Assembly: GCF_025370785.1 (NCBI RefSeq)
Contig: NZ_JAMXFA010000001.1
Coordinates: 235,902-299,901 of the forward strand
Source of the DNA: Laspinema olomoucense D3b
Lineage (GTDB): Bacteria > Cyanobacteriota > Cyanobacteriia > Cyanobacteriales > Laspinemataceae
Reading direction: 5' to 3'
DNA: 64,000 nt
Position 1 is the stretch's first letter. Each line of letters begins with the position of its first letter. Positions 17,833-26,104 of the stretch are shown in pieces. The translations under genes were made by a program, and so were the position numbers. Below the pieces are notes generated by a model. It was given only the letters and a program-made list of their open reading frames with translations, was not told the origin of the DNA and did not search any database.

Positions 17833-20511
17833 ATGATCAAGAAAAATAGTAGAGTCAGGAGTTGCCAAACCGTGATGTATTGGGGTCATTATTATCTATC
17901 TATTTTTAGCTTGATGAGTGCCTTGCTATTTTTGGACGGAGGGTTAGGACACAAATCCCTCCAGGCGCAGGTTATACCGGATAATACCCTTCCGAATCCT
18001 TCGGGGGTTCAGATCAACGGCAATACCCTCACGATTGAGGGGGGAACTGCTGCCGGTAGTAATTTGTTCCATAGTTTCCAGGAATTTTCTATCCCGACGG
18101 GAACTGCTGCACTTTTTAATAATTCCACCACTATCGCTAATATTATTACTCGCATTACCGGAGGCAAACTGTCCCAAATTGATGGGGCGATCGCCGCTAA
18201 TGGCAGCGCGAATTTATTTTTAATTAATCCCAGTGGCATTGCCTTCGGACCGAATGCCACCCTGAATCTAGGCGGTTCTTTTGTCGGGAGTACCGCCCAC
18301 AGTGTGTTATTTCCTGACGATCGCGCTTTTAGCGCCACCAACCCTGATTCATCCCCACTTTTGAGCGTGAATGTCCCCATCGGGTTACAATATGGGCCCA
18401 ATCCCGAGAGCATCTTTGTGAGGGATTCGGTTCTAACTGTGCTGCCGAATCAAACTTTAACCCTAGTTGGGGGTGAGATTACCCTGGAGGGGGGGCAATT
18501 ACGGGTTCCCGGTGGAACTGTCACTTTGGGGGGAATCTCCGAGGCGGGAGTGGTGGAATTACCAGGGGGAAACGCACTCAAACTGCCGGAAACCGTCGAG
18601 CGATCGCCACTCCATCTCACGAATGGGGCGCGAGTGGATGTGGCCGGTGCAGGGGGTGGAAGTATCGCCATTCAAGTCGAGAATCTGCTGATTTCAGGGC
18701 AGTCTGAGATTCGCGGGGGGATTGCGCCAGGGTCAGGAGAACCCGGTGCACAAGCAGGAAATATCGAAATTGATACCACGGGAAACATTGTTTTAACGGA
18801 AGAGAGTGCGATCGCCAATGAAGTCCAACCCAACGGGGTTGGCGATGGCGGTAATATCACTTTGAATACTACCACCTTTTCCGCCACAAGTGCGATAATT
18901 TCTACTAGCACATCCGGGGAAGGGGATGGCGGTAAACTGCAAATTACCGCCCGCGAGTCGGTGGTATTCGATGGACAGGGGAGAGAAGATTTCATCACCA
19001 TCGCCTCGGCAGATGTAGCACCCGAAGGGGTCGGAAATGCAGGCGGCATTGAGATTCAGGCGGGTTCTGTGTTGGTCAAAGATGGGGCAGGCATGATCAC
19101 GGGAACCCGGGGTCAGGGGAATGGTGCACCCCTGGTAATTCGCGCCTTGGAGTCGGTGGTTTTTGATGGATTGAATTCCAGTAACGATGTGCTAAGGCCC
19201 ACAGGGGCGGAAAGTACCGTAGACCCGGAGGCAATGGGAAATGCGGGAAGTTTAGAGATTGAGACGGCAGTATTACGGATTCTGAATGGGGCGAATGTGG
19301 GTAGTACCACCTTTGAGGCGGGGGATGGTGGTCCTGTGCTTTTGCAGGCAACGGAAGTGATGGAATTTGGGGGAGTCGATCGCGTTGGCAATCCGGTGAT
19401 TGTTTTTAGTGATACTTTGGGAGAAGGGAATGGAGATAATTTACGGATTGAAACTCCGAGGTTGATTTTGCGGGATGGCGCACAGATTAGTGTGGGTACA
19501 TTTGGCGCTGGAGATGGGGGAAATTTGGAGATTTTGGCAACTGAGGCGATTGTTTTATCCGGTGCAGTTCCGGCAATAGAGGGGGGATTTTTCTTCCCGG
19601 ATGAGTCTGGAATCCTATTTCCTACAGGAATTTTTGCTGCTTCTACAGAGACGGGGAATGCGGGGACGATGCGCTTGCAGACGGGACAGTTAATTTTAGG
19701 CGATCGCGCCATCATTTCCGCCAGTAGTGAGAAGACGGGAATCGCCGGGAATATTGAAATTGTGGGGCGGCAGATTGTGGTTAACAATGCTGCGATCGCC
19801 GCAGAAACGGTGCAAGGGGATCAAGCGAATATCTTTATTGAATCGCGGGATATCCAGTTGTGGAACCAAGGGGGAATTACCACAAATGCCAGTGGGAGTG
19901 GGACGGGAGGGAATATTGCGATCGCTACAGATACGTTAGTTGCCGTAGAGAATAGTGATATTACAGCGAATTCCAGCGCCAGTTTTGGGGGTCGCGTGGC
20001 GATCGCCGCCCAAGGCATCTTGGGGACTAATTTTCGCACAGAACTCACGCCACAAAGTGATATTACCGCCACCTCCGAACTCGGGGCGGAGTTTAGCGGC
20101 AGTGTCACAATTAATACCCCTGATGTTAATCCCTCCACGGGATTAGTAGAATTACCCGAAATGCTGGGTCAAGCGAGGGATAATAACTTTGTGGGTTGTG
20201 CCTTATCCGATGAGAATTCTTTTACCATTTCGGGACGAGGAGGATTACCCACGGACCCGACTCAACCCCTCCAAACCCAACCGATTTGGCATGATTTACG
20301 CAACTTTTTCCAAGATTTAGAGGGGGAAACGGTTACCGTTGAACCTCCTCGCCGTCGCACCCCTTCCTCTACAAATCCGTCTTCCCCACTCCAGGAAGCG
20401 ACTGCTTGGCGACGGAATGCGCAAGGAACAATTGAGTTAATGGCGGCGATACCCGAGGGAAGCGTTTCTTTTCCCGGGTTGCGATCGCCTGAGTGTCAAC
20501 CCATTGAATAA
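17833..20511 (+). CDS. two-partner-secretion (TPS) exoprotein: filamentous-haemagglutinin-type N-terminal secretion domain plus beta-helical repeats
   Basis: Signal peptide, then the TPS domain NPSGVQINGNTLTIEGGTAAGSNLFHSFQEFSIPTGTAALFNN ... ANLFLINPSGIAFGPNATL (haemagg_act signature). The rest is Gly/Asn/Thr-rich beta-helix-like. Confidence 0.8.
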   Translation: MIKKNSRVRSCQTVMYWGHYYLSIFSLMSALLFLDGGLGHKSLQAQVIPDNTLPNPSGVQINGNTLTIEGGTAAGSNLFHSFQEFSIPTGTAALFNNSTTIANIITRITGGKLSQIDGAIAANGSANLFLINPSGIAFGPNATLNLGGSFVGSTAHSVLFPDDRAFSATNPDSSPLLSVNVPIGLQYGPNPESIFVRDSVLTVLPNQTLTLVGGEITLEGGQLRVPGGTVTLGGISEAGVVELPGGNALKLPETVERSPLHLTNGARVDVAGAGGGSIAIQVENLLISGQSEIRGGIAPGSGEPGAQAGNIEIDTTGNIVLTEESAIANEVQPNGVGDGGNITLNTTTFSATSAIISTSTSGEGDGGKLQITARESVVFDGQGREDFITIASADVAPEGVGNAGGIEIQAGSVLVKDGAGMITGTRGQGNGAPLVIRALESVVFDGLNSSNDVLRPTGAESTVDPEAMGNAGSLEIETAVLRILNGANVGSTTFEAGDGGPVLLQATEVMEFGGVDRVGNPVIVFSDTLGEGNGDNLRIETPRLILRDGAQISVGTFGAGDGGNLEILATEAIVLSGAVPAIEGGFFFPDESGILFPTGIFAASTETGNAGTMRLQTGQLILGDRAIISASSEKTGIAGNIEIVGRQIVVNNAAIAAETVQGDQANIFIESRDIQLWNQGGITTNASGSGTGGNIAIATDTLVAVENSDITANSSASFGGRVAIAAQGILGTNFRTELTPQSDITATSELGAEFSGSVTINTPDVNPSTGLVELPEMLGQARDNNFVGCALSDENSFTISGRGGLPTDPTQPLQTQPIWHDLRNFFQDLEGETVTVEPPRRRTPSSTNPSSPLQEATAWRRNAQGTIELMAAIPEGSVSFPGLRSPECQPIE

Positions 20512-20667
20512 TAGTAGTTGTGAATATCTGTAAATGAGTCTTGCGAGTTAGAGCATCCCTGGATATGATAGGAATTAGAGAAAATGGCGATTCCTGTTTT
20601 GTAAACGGATGAGGATACGCTATCTTGATTCTTTAACAACCCGTCAATTTCTCTATTTTCTATCAGA

Positions 20668-22461
20668 TTGGATTGCTTTATGTCTAAAACTCCTGACTTG
20701 ACCGATCGCCTCATTCGCCAGAAATCTGCCCCTGCATTGTTTAGCAAAGGCCAGTCGGATTATGAAGCGGGCAATGTAACCTCCGTGACTCGGCGAGGCA
20801 ATTTACTCAATGCCGAAGTGATGGATAATGCAGACCAACCCTATCGGGTTCGGGTGGGGTTTGAGCAGGGCTGTTTGACCTCGGTGACCTGTTCTTGTGC
20901 TGATGATAAATCTGAATGGTGTGAACATATTGTCGCTACCTTATTGGTGGTAATGCGGCAACCAGAAACTATTCAAGAGCGTCCGACTTTGGAGCAATTG
21001 CTCGCTCAGCTCAACCGGGCCCAAATCCAAGGTCTAGTGCAAGAGTTAGTTAAACAAAGACCCGAAATTATTGATGAAATTGACTATTACATTACCTTAA
21101 ATAATGAAATAATCAGCCCAATACAATCACCCAATAATCAGCGTCCTTCCCCTATCAATCCGGCTCCTTTTCGGCAGCAGGCGCGGGATATTTTATATGA
21201 AGGGATGCGGTATTTTGAAAGCTTAGACGGTGAAGATGACCCGGTAACCGAGGAGTTGTTAGATTTAATTGATAATATTCAAGGATTAATAGAAATTGGG
21301 GAAAGTTATAATGCTTTAATCGTGTTAGAAGCCATTGCTTCAGCTTGTGCAGCCGATTGGGACCGGGTGGAACAGTATGGGATTGAGTCCGATGAAATTG
21401 TCACAGCAGTGGATGAGGCGATCGCCGAAGCGATTCTCAGCGAATCCCTTAGTTCCCGTGAAGTGGAACAGTGGCGATCGCGCTTAAAAATTCTCCAAGA
21501 GGAGTGGAGTACCGAATTTCCCCTCAGCTTAGAATCCCTCAGCGAAGGATGGGATGATCCGCATTTGGTACAAGCCCTCCAAGGAACTTTATCAGAACCG
21601 AGAATAGCGGAAAATTCTTCCCTCAATGCTTTCCCAGATTTGGTCTTAATTCGCTTAAAAATTCTGGATCGGCAAGAGCGATATCAAGAGTATTTGAACC
21701 TGGCTAAAGCCCAAGGCAAAATAAAACAATATCTTACCATGTTGGGCAGTTTAGGACGAACTACGGAAGCAATGGAAGCCGCCCGGAACCAAATGAAAAC
21801 AATGGAAGAAGCGTTATCCCTGGGTCAAACCTTACGCAGTAATGGGAAAGTCAACCAAGCCCTGGAAGTCGGGGGAATGGGGTTGAAATTACGGGGAGAT
21901 TCCCAATATAAACTTGCCAGTTGGACCGCTGATTTAGCTCAAGAATTAGGAAATACTGAGGTAGAACTGGAGGCGAGAAAATCCGCTTTTTACGATAACC
22001 CCACTTCGAGGGATTATTTTAAAATAAAAGAATTAGCCGGTGAAAATTGGTTCAAATACCAGCCCAATTTATTAAATTCTCTGAGGGAACATAAAATTTG
22101 GAACAAAACTGAGGTTAAAGTAGATATTTTCCTAAGTGAAGGGTTAATTGATGAGGCGATCGCCGCCGTAGAAGGCTTTGGTTCCTATGAGATAGAGTTG
22201 GTGCATCGGGTCATGGATGCGGCGATTAAACACCGTCCAGACTGGGTGATTGAAACGGCGCAACCCCTTGCCGAGTCGATTTTAGATCGCAAAAAATCTG
22301 AATTCTATAATCAGGCGATCGACTGGTTGAAAAAAGTGCGGGCAGCTTATATTCAAAAAGAGCAGTGGACCCGCTGGAAAACTTATCGTCAAGAATTGCT
22401 ACAAATCCACGCCCGCAAACACAAATTCCGGGGGATGCTGGAAGATAGGGGCTTGGACTAA
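20668..22461 (+). CDS. SWIM zinc-finger domain protein (597 aa), otherwise alpha-helical
   Basis: The N-terminus has the CxC-x(n)-CxH SWIM pattern: VTCSCADDKSEWCEHIVATLLV. Confidence 0.65.
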   Translation: MDCFMSKTPDLTDRLIRQKSAPALFSKGQSDYEAGNVTSVTRRGNLLNAEVMDNADQPYRVRVGFEQGCLTSVTCSCADDKSEWCEHIVATLLVVMRQPETIQERPTLEQLLAQLNRAQIQGLVQELVKQRPEIIDEIDYYITLNNEIISPIQSPNNQRPSPINPAPFRQQARDILYEGMRYFESLDGEDDPVTEELLDLIDNIQGLIEIGESYNALIVLEAIASACAADWDRVEQYGIESDEIVTAVDEAIAEAILSESLSSREVEQWRSRLKILQEEWSTEFPLSLESLSEGWDDPHLVQALQGTLSEPRIAENSSLNAFPDLVLIRLKILDRQERYQEYLNLAKAQGKIKQYLTMLGSLGRTTEAMEAARNQMKTMEEALSLGQTLRSNGKVNQALEVGGMGLKLRGDSQYKLASWTADLAQELGNTEVELEARKSAFYDNPTSRDYFKIKELAGENWFKYQPNLLNSLREHKIWNKTEVKVDIFLSEGLIDEAIAAVEGFGSYEIELVHRVMDAAIKHRPDWVIETAQPLAESILDRKKSEFYNQAIDWLKKVRAAYIQKEQWTRWKTYRQELLQIHARKHKFRGMLEDRGLD

Positions 22462-22463
22462 AT

Positions 22464-22494
22464 AAATACCCGCACCCGATCGGGTGGGGTATTT
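22464..22494 (+). terminator. hairpin downstream of the SWIM gene
   Basis: aaataccc-g-cacccga / tcgggtg-gggtattt forms a near-perfect stem, but no strong U-run follows. Confidence 0.3.
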
Positions 22495-22576
22495 ATAGAC
22501 CTATCACAACCGGATTGGGTATTAATGGCTCTAAGTTATGGCATAATTGTAGCACTAACCCACTAGAGGTGAACGT

Positions 22577-23062
22577 ATGTTTCCCTTTCAAAGGTTTACA
22601 ATGACCACTTATCTCAGTCCCCATGAAGTCCAGGAAAAATTAATAGCAGTTGTGGAACCTCCCCCTCAATGGGTCCCGGTGCGGTGGAAAAGGCCGGAAA
22701 AACCCTACCAGGGACAAATCGGTGAACATTCTTTCAAAATTTCTCGAATCATTTCCCATCGCAATTCTTTTTTACCCCAGATTGAGGGGCGAATTCACGC
22801 CCAAGCTAAAGGCAGTAAAATCGAAATTCAAATGAAACTGCACCGGGCTGTTTTGATTTTTATGTGCGTTTGGCTGGGTATAGTTGGACAAGCTGCCTTG
22901 ATGTTTTTAGCGGTCCTGTTTGAAGAATTTCACCCTTTGTTCTTAATGCCTGTGGGAATGTTCATTTTTGGTTTAGTATTACCGTTGATTGGATTTATCC
23001 CGGAAGCTAAGAAGTCTAAACAGTTTTTGATGGAATTGTTTCAAGGGAGTGAAAATTTTTAA
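22577..23062 (+). CDS. small membrane protein, paralog A of a tandem triplet (~90-aa soluble N-domain plus 2 TM helices)
   Basis: MFPFQRFTMTTYLSP...KPYQGQIGEHSFKISRII...LPQIEGRI; about 60% identical to paralog C. Confidence 0.6.
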   Translation: MFPFQRFTMTTYLSPHEVQEKLIAVVEPPPQWVPVRWKRPEKPYQGQIGEHSFKISRIISHRNSFLPQIEGRIHAQAKGSKIEIQMKLHRAVLIFMCVWLGIVGQAALMFLAVLFEEFHPLFLMPVGMFIFGLVLPLIGFIPEAKKSKQFLMELFQGSENF

Positions 23063-23148
23063 TTTAAGAGTGATAGAGGCAAAATTTTATGCCTCTATGA
23101 CTAAAAAAGCTGTAAATAATTTTACAACATAGGGGTGAAAATTAAAAA

Positions 23149-23631
23149 ATGTTGACTTATCAAAAAGTTACTATTCAAAGCCCACTAAAACCCTACCAAG
23201 TTCGGGAAAAATTAATGGGAATTGTGGACACCGACTATCAGATAGGGGAGAAAAGTATCACTCCACTCTATCGCGGAAAAATCCATCAAGACTCTTTTCA
23301 AATTTCCAAAATTATCTACCATCTCAGTTCGGATCGCTATCGTGAGTCTTTTTTCCCGGTACTTGATGGCCAGATTAGGGAACATAATAGCGGGAGTCAA
23401 ATCGATATCCAAATTAAAATTCATCCAGGGGTTATGATTTTTTTGGGAATATGGCTAATAACTGCGGGAAGAGCAACTTGGGTCTCTTTAATGATGCTTA
23501 AAAGCCCATCTTTTGCAGTAGTTTTCAGCCCGATTGCGATTTTCTTAGCGGGTTTAGCAATCCCGATGATTACTTTCGTTGTCATGGCTCACCATTCAAA
23601 AAATTTTTTAGTCAATTTTTTGAAAGAATGA
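23149..23631 (+). CDS. small membrane protein, divergent paralog B of the tandem triplet
   Basis: Same architecture; shared motifs KPYQ, RGKIHQDSFQISKIIYH and DGQI. Confidence 0.55.
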   Translation: MLTYQKVTIQSPLKPYQVREKLMGIVDTDYQIGEKSITPLYRGKIHQDSFQISKIIYHLSSDRYRESFFPVLDGQIREHNSGSQIDIQIKIHPGVMIFLGIWLITAGRATWVSLMMLKSPSFAVVFSPIAIFLAGLAIPMITFVVMAHHSKNFLVNFLKE

Positions 23632-23806
23632 TAAACTATAAGGTGGAGATGATTTCTCCAATTTGACTTAAAAAGATTTTTTATTTTGTCCTTAAAATAC
23701 CGAATATTGGAGTTCATAAATGAGTAAATTTAGTCGGAATTTAATCCCGCTTCAAATCCGATAAATTATGCGACAATTGTAAAAAATAACCCCTAATGGT
23801 GAGCAG

Positions 23807-24304
23807 ATGTTTCCTTTTAAACGGTTTACAATGACGACTTATCTGAGTCCCGAAGAGGTTTTCAAAAAATTAAGTGAAGTGGTGACACCTACCTCCAACC
23901 CAATCCAGTTCCGTTGGCGTAGGTCGAAAAAACCGTACCAGGGACAAATTGCCGAACACTCTTTTAAGATTTCCCGAGTTATCTACAACCGCAATTCTTT
24001 TTTACCTGAAATTGAAGGTCAAATTCAGGCCCACGGTAGAGGCAGTCAAATCAAAATAGAAATAAAACTGCACCCTTTTGTGATTATTTTTATGTCTTTA
24101 TGGCTGATTATGCTTGTAGTAGTAGCCTTGATGATTCTGGGAGAAGCCCTATTCAAGGAAATTTTTAATCTGGCATTTTTAATTCCGATGGGAATGTTAA
24201 TTTTGGGTTTAGCGTTACCCAGAATTGCATTTTTTCCAGAGGCTAAGAAGTCTCAAAAGTTTTTATTAGAGTTGTTCCAAGGCCAAGAAGAGAATTCAAT
24301 TTAA
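23807..24304 (+). CDS. small membrane protein, paralog C of the tandem triplet
   Basis: MFPFKRFTMTTYLSPEEV...KPYQGQIAEHSFKISRVIY... Confidence 0.6.
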   Translation: MFPFKRFTMTTYLSPEEVFKKLSEVVTPTSNPIQFRWRRSKKPYQGQIAEHSFKISRVIYNRNSFLPEIEGQIQAHGRGSQIKIEIKLHPFVIIFMSLWLIMLVVVALMILGEALFKEIFNLAFLIPMGMLILGLALPRIAFFPEAKKSQKFLLELFQGQEENSI

Positions 24305-24364
24305 AATCAAGGGACAGGCTTAATGCTAAAATATTAGTGGTCTAGGTGAAGGGAAAGGGAAACG

Positions 24365-25297
24365 ATGAATAATATTCTGGTGTTCGGTAGTATCAATCTG
24401 GATTTAGTCACCCGCACCCACCGTCTGCCGAAACCCGGTGAAACTTTAAGGGGAATTAGCTTTTTTACTGCATCCGGTGGGAAAGGTGCAAATCAAGCGG
24501 TTGCTGCTGCGAAATTGGGGATGACAACATTTATGATTGGACGGGTGGGGGGGGATAGTTTTGGACAGGAACTCCTGGAGAGTTTGCAACAATCCGGGGT
24601 GAAGTGCGATCGCATCTTCATTGATAAAAACACGGCTTCCGGAATTGCCACGATCGCCGTCGAAGATACGGGAGAAAATACCATTGTGATTGTCCCCGGG
24701 GCAAACGATCGCATCAATGAGTCAGACTGCGATCGCCTCACTGATTTATTACCCGATGCGGCAGCATTATTATTACAATTAGAAATTCCCCTATCCTCCG
24801 TTCTGGCAGCAGCTAAAAAAGCTCAAAATGCCGGAATTCCGGTTATTTTAGACCCAGCCCCTGCCCGAGAACTACCCCCAGAATTGTATTCCGTGATTGA
24901 TATCATTACCCCCAATGAAACCGAACTGAGTATCCTCACCGGAATTGCCGTGAGAGATATAGAAACAGCCCGGGAAGCCCTCACCGAATTACAAAAACGC
25001 GGAGTCAAAACAGCGATCGCCAAGTTAGGAGCAAAAGGGGTGCTTTGTGCTAGGGGAGAAGAGCAGTTTTTTGTGCCTGCCTTTGAGGTGGAAGCCGTGG
25101 ATACCGTAGCGGCAGGGGATGCCTTTAATGGCGCATTGGCAGTGGCGATCGCCCAGGGATTGCCCTTGCCCGAATCTGTCAGATGGGGGGCTGCCGCTGG
25201 TGCCTTAACAGTAACCAAACCCGGTGCTCAATCCGCCTTACCCAGTCGCCTCACCTTCGAGGAATTTCTCCGGGAGGGGAAAATCAAAGCAGGATAG
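24365..25297 (+). CDS. rbsK: ribokinase (PfkB family)
   Basis: ILVFGSINLDLV...PGETL N-terminal motif, GGKGANQAVAAAKLG, and DTVAAGDAFNGALAVA (the anion-hole/catalytic Asp motif). Confidence 0.85.
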   Translation: MNNILVFGSINLDLVTRTHRLPKPGETLRGISFFTASGGKGANQAVAAAKLGMTTFMIGRVGGDSFGQELLESLQQSGVKCDRIFIDKNTASGIATIAVEDTGENTIVIVPGANDRINESDCDRLTDLLPDAAALLLQLEIPLSSVLAAAKKAQNAGIPVILDPAPARELPPELYSVIDIITPNETELSILTGIAVRDIETAREALTELQKRGVKTAIAKLGAKGVLCARGEEQFFVPAFEVEAVDTVAAGDAFNGALAVAIAQGLPLPESVRWGAAAGALTVTKPGAQSALPSRLTFEEFLREGKIKAG

Positions 25298-25298
25298 G

Positions 25299-25976
25299 TT
25301 AATCCAAAGGCTGAGTCGTGGCGATCGCCGCAATCCCATATACCCGAATCCCGGCGGTGGACAAAGTTGTGATAGCTTCTTGACAAGTTGCCCCTGTGGT
25401 ATAAATGTCATCGAGCAAAATCACCCCCTGTTTTGGCTGCCTGCGGCGCAACCCCTCCCCCACCGTCATGGAATTGGCGAGAGTTTGCCTGCGTTGTGCG
25501 GGGGATAATTGATTTAACGCCTCTGTATCTCGCACTCGTTCTAAACCCCGAGGTTCTAAACGATATCCCGTCAGTTCGCAAAAGCTTTTTGCCAGTAATT
25601 CCGCCTGATTAAATCCCCGTTTTCGTTGCTTTGCGGGGTGGAGGGGAATGGGAACCACCGTGAGTCCCTGCGCTTTTGCCAGGGGGGACTGTAACCAAGT
25701 TTCAGCCAGAGAGTACCCCAGGGGTTGAGCGAGTTCCGGGCAGTTTTGATACTTCATCACCGCGATCGCCCGTTTCATCACCCCGCCATAGCGACCCCAA
25801 ATTAATACCGGAGGGGTTTCCTTTAATAACCGTTGCTGCAAAGAGAATTTTTGGCGCTGCAACTGGCGATCGCAAGCGGGACACAGAAGCGGTTTTCCCG
25901 GGCGATCGCACAAAGGACAGTTAGGTTTCAAAAACAAATTTACCCACCCTTTCATCCATGCCGCCCAATTTCCCAT
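25299..25976 (-). CDS. ComF-family protein (double zinc-ribbon plus phosphoribosyltransferase domain)
   Basis: CPLCDR...CPACDR zinc ribbon and the PRTase motif ILLDDIYTTGATCQEA. Confidence 0.75.
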   Translation of the reverse strand: MGNWAAWMKGWVNLFLKPNCPLCDRPGKPLLCPACDRQLQRQKFSLQQRLLKETPPVLIWGRYGGVMKRAIAVMKYQNCPELAQPLGYSLAETWLQSPLAKAQGLTVVPIPLHPAKQRKRGFNQAELLAKSFCELTGYRLEPRGLERVRDTEALNQLSPAQRRQTLANSMTVGEGLRRRQPKQGVILLDDIYTTGATCQEAITTLSTAGIRVYGIAAIATTQPLD

Positions 25977-26104
25977 TCGGTCCTAACCTCCCTTTCCTAC
26001 ACTAAAATTTTATCTTAGCCCCCTTCCTCGGAGTTAACCAGGTTTTTGCAATCCATGCAAAAGGGAGACACCCAGACTATGATAGAGGATGTCCGAATGC
26101 TTAC

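Noticed and set aside
18009-20138. Several 60-220-aa minus-strand ORFs within the TPS exoprotein gene
   Set aside because: They are antisense to a long, motif-supported CDS with Gly/Thr/Asn-rich repeats, and their low-complexity Pro/Ser-rich translations are typical antisense artefacts.
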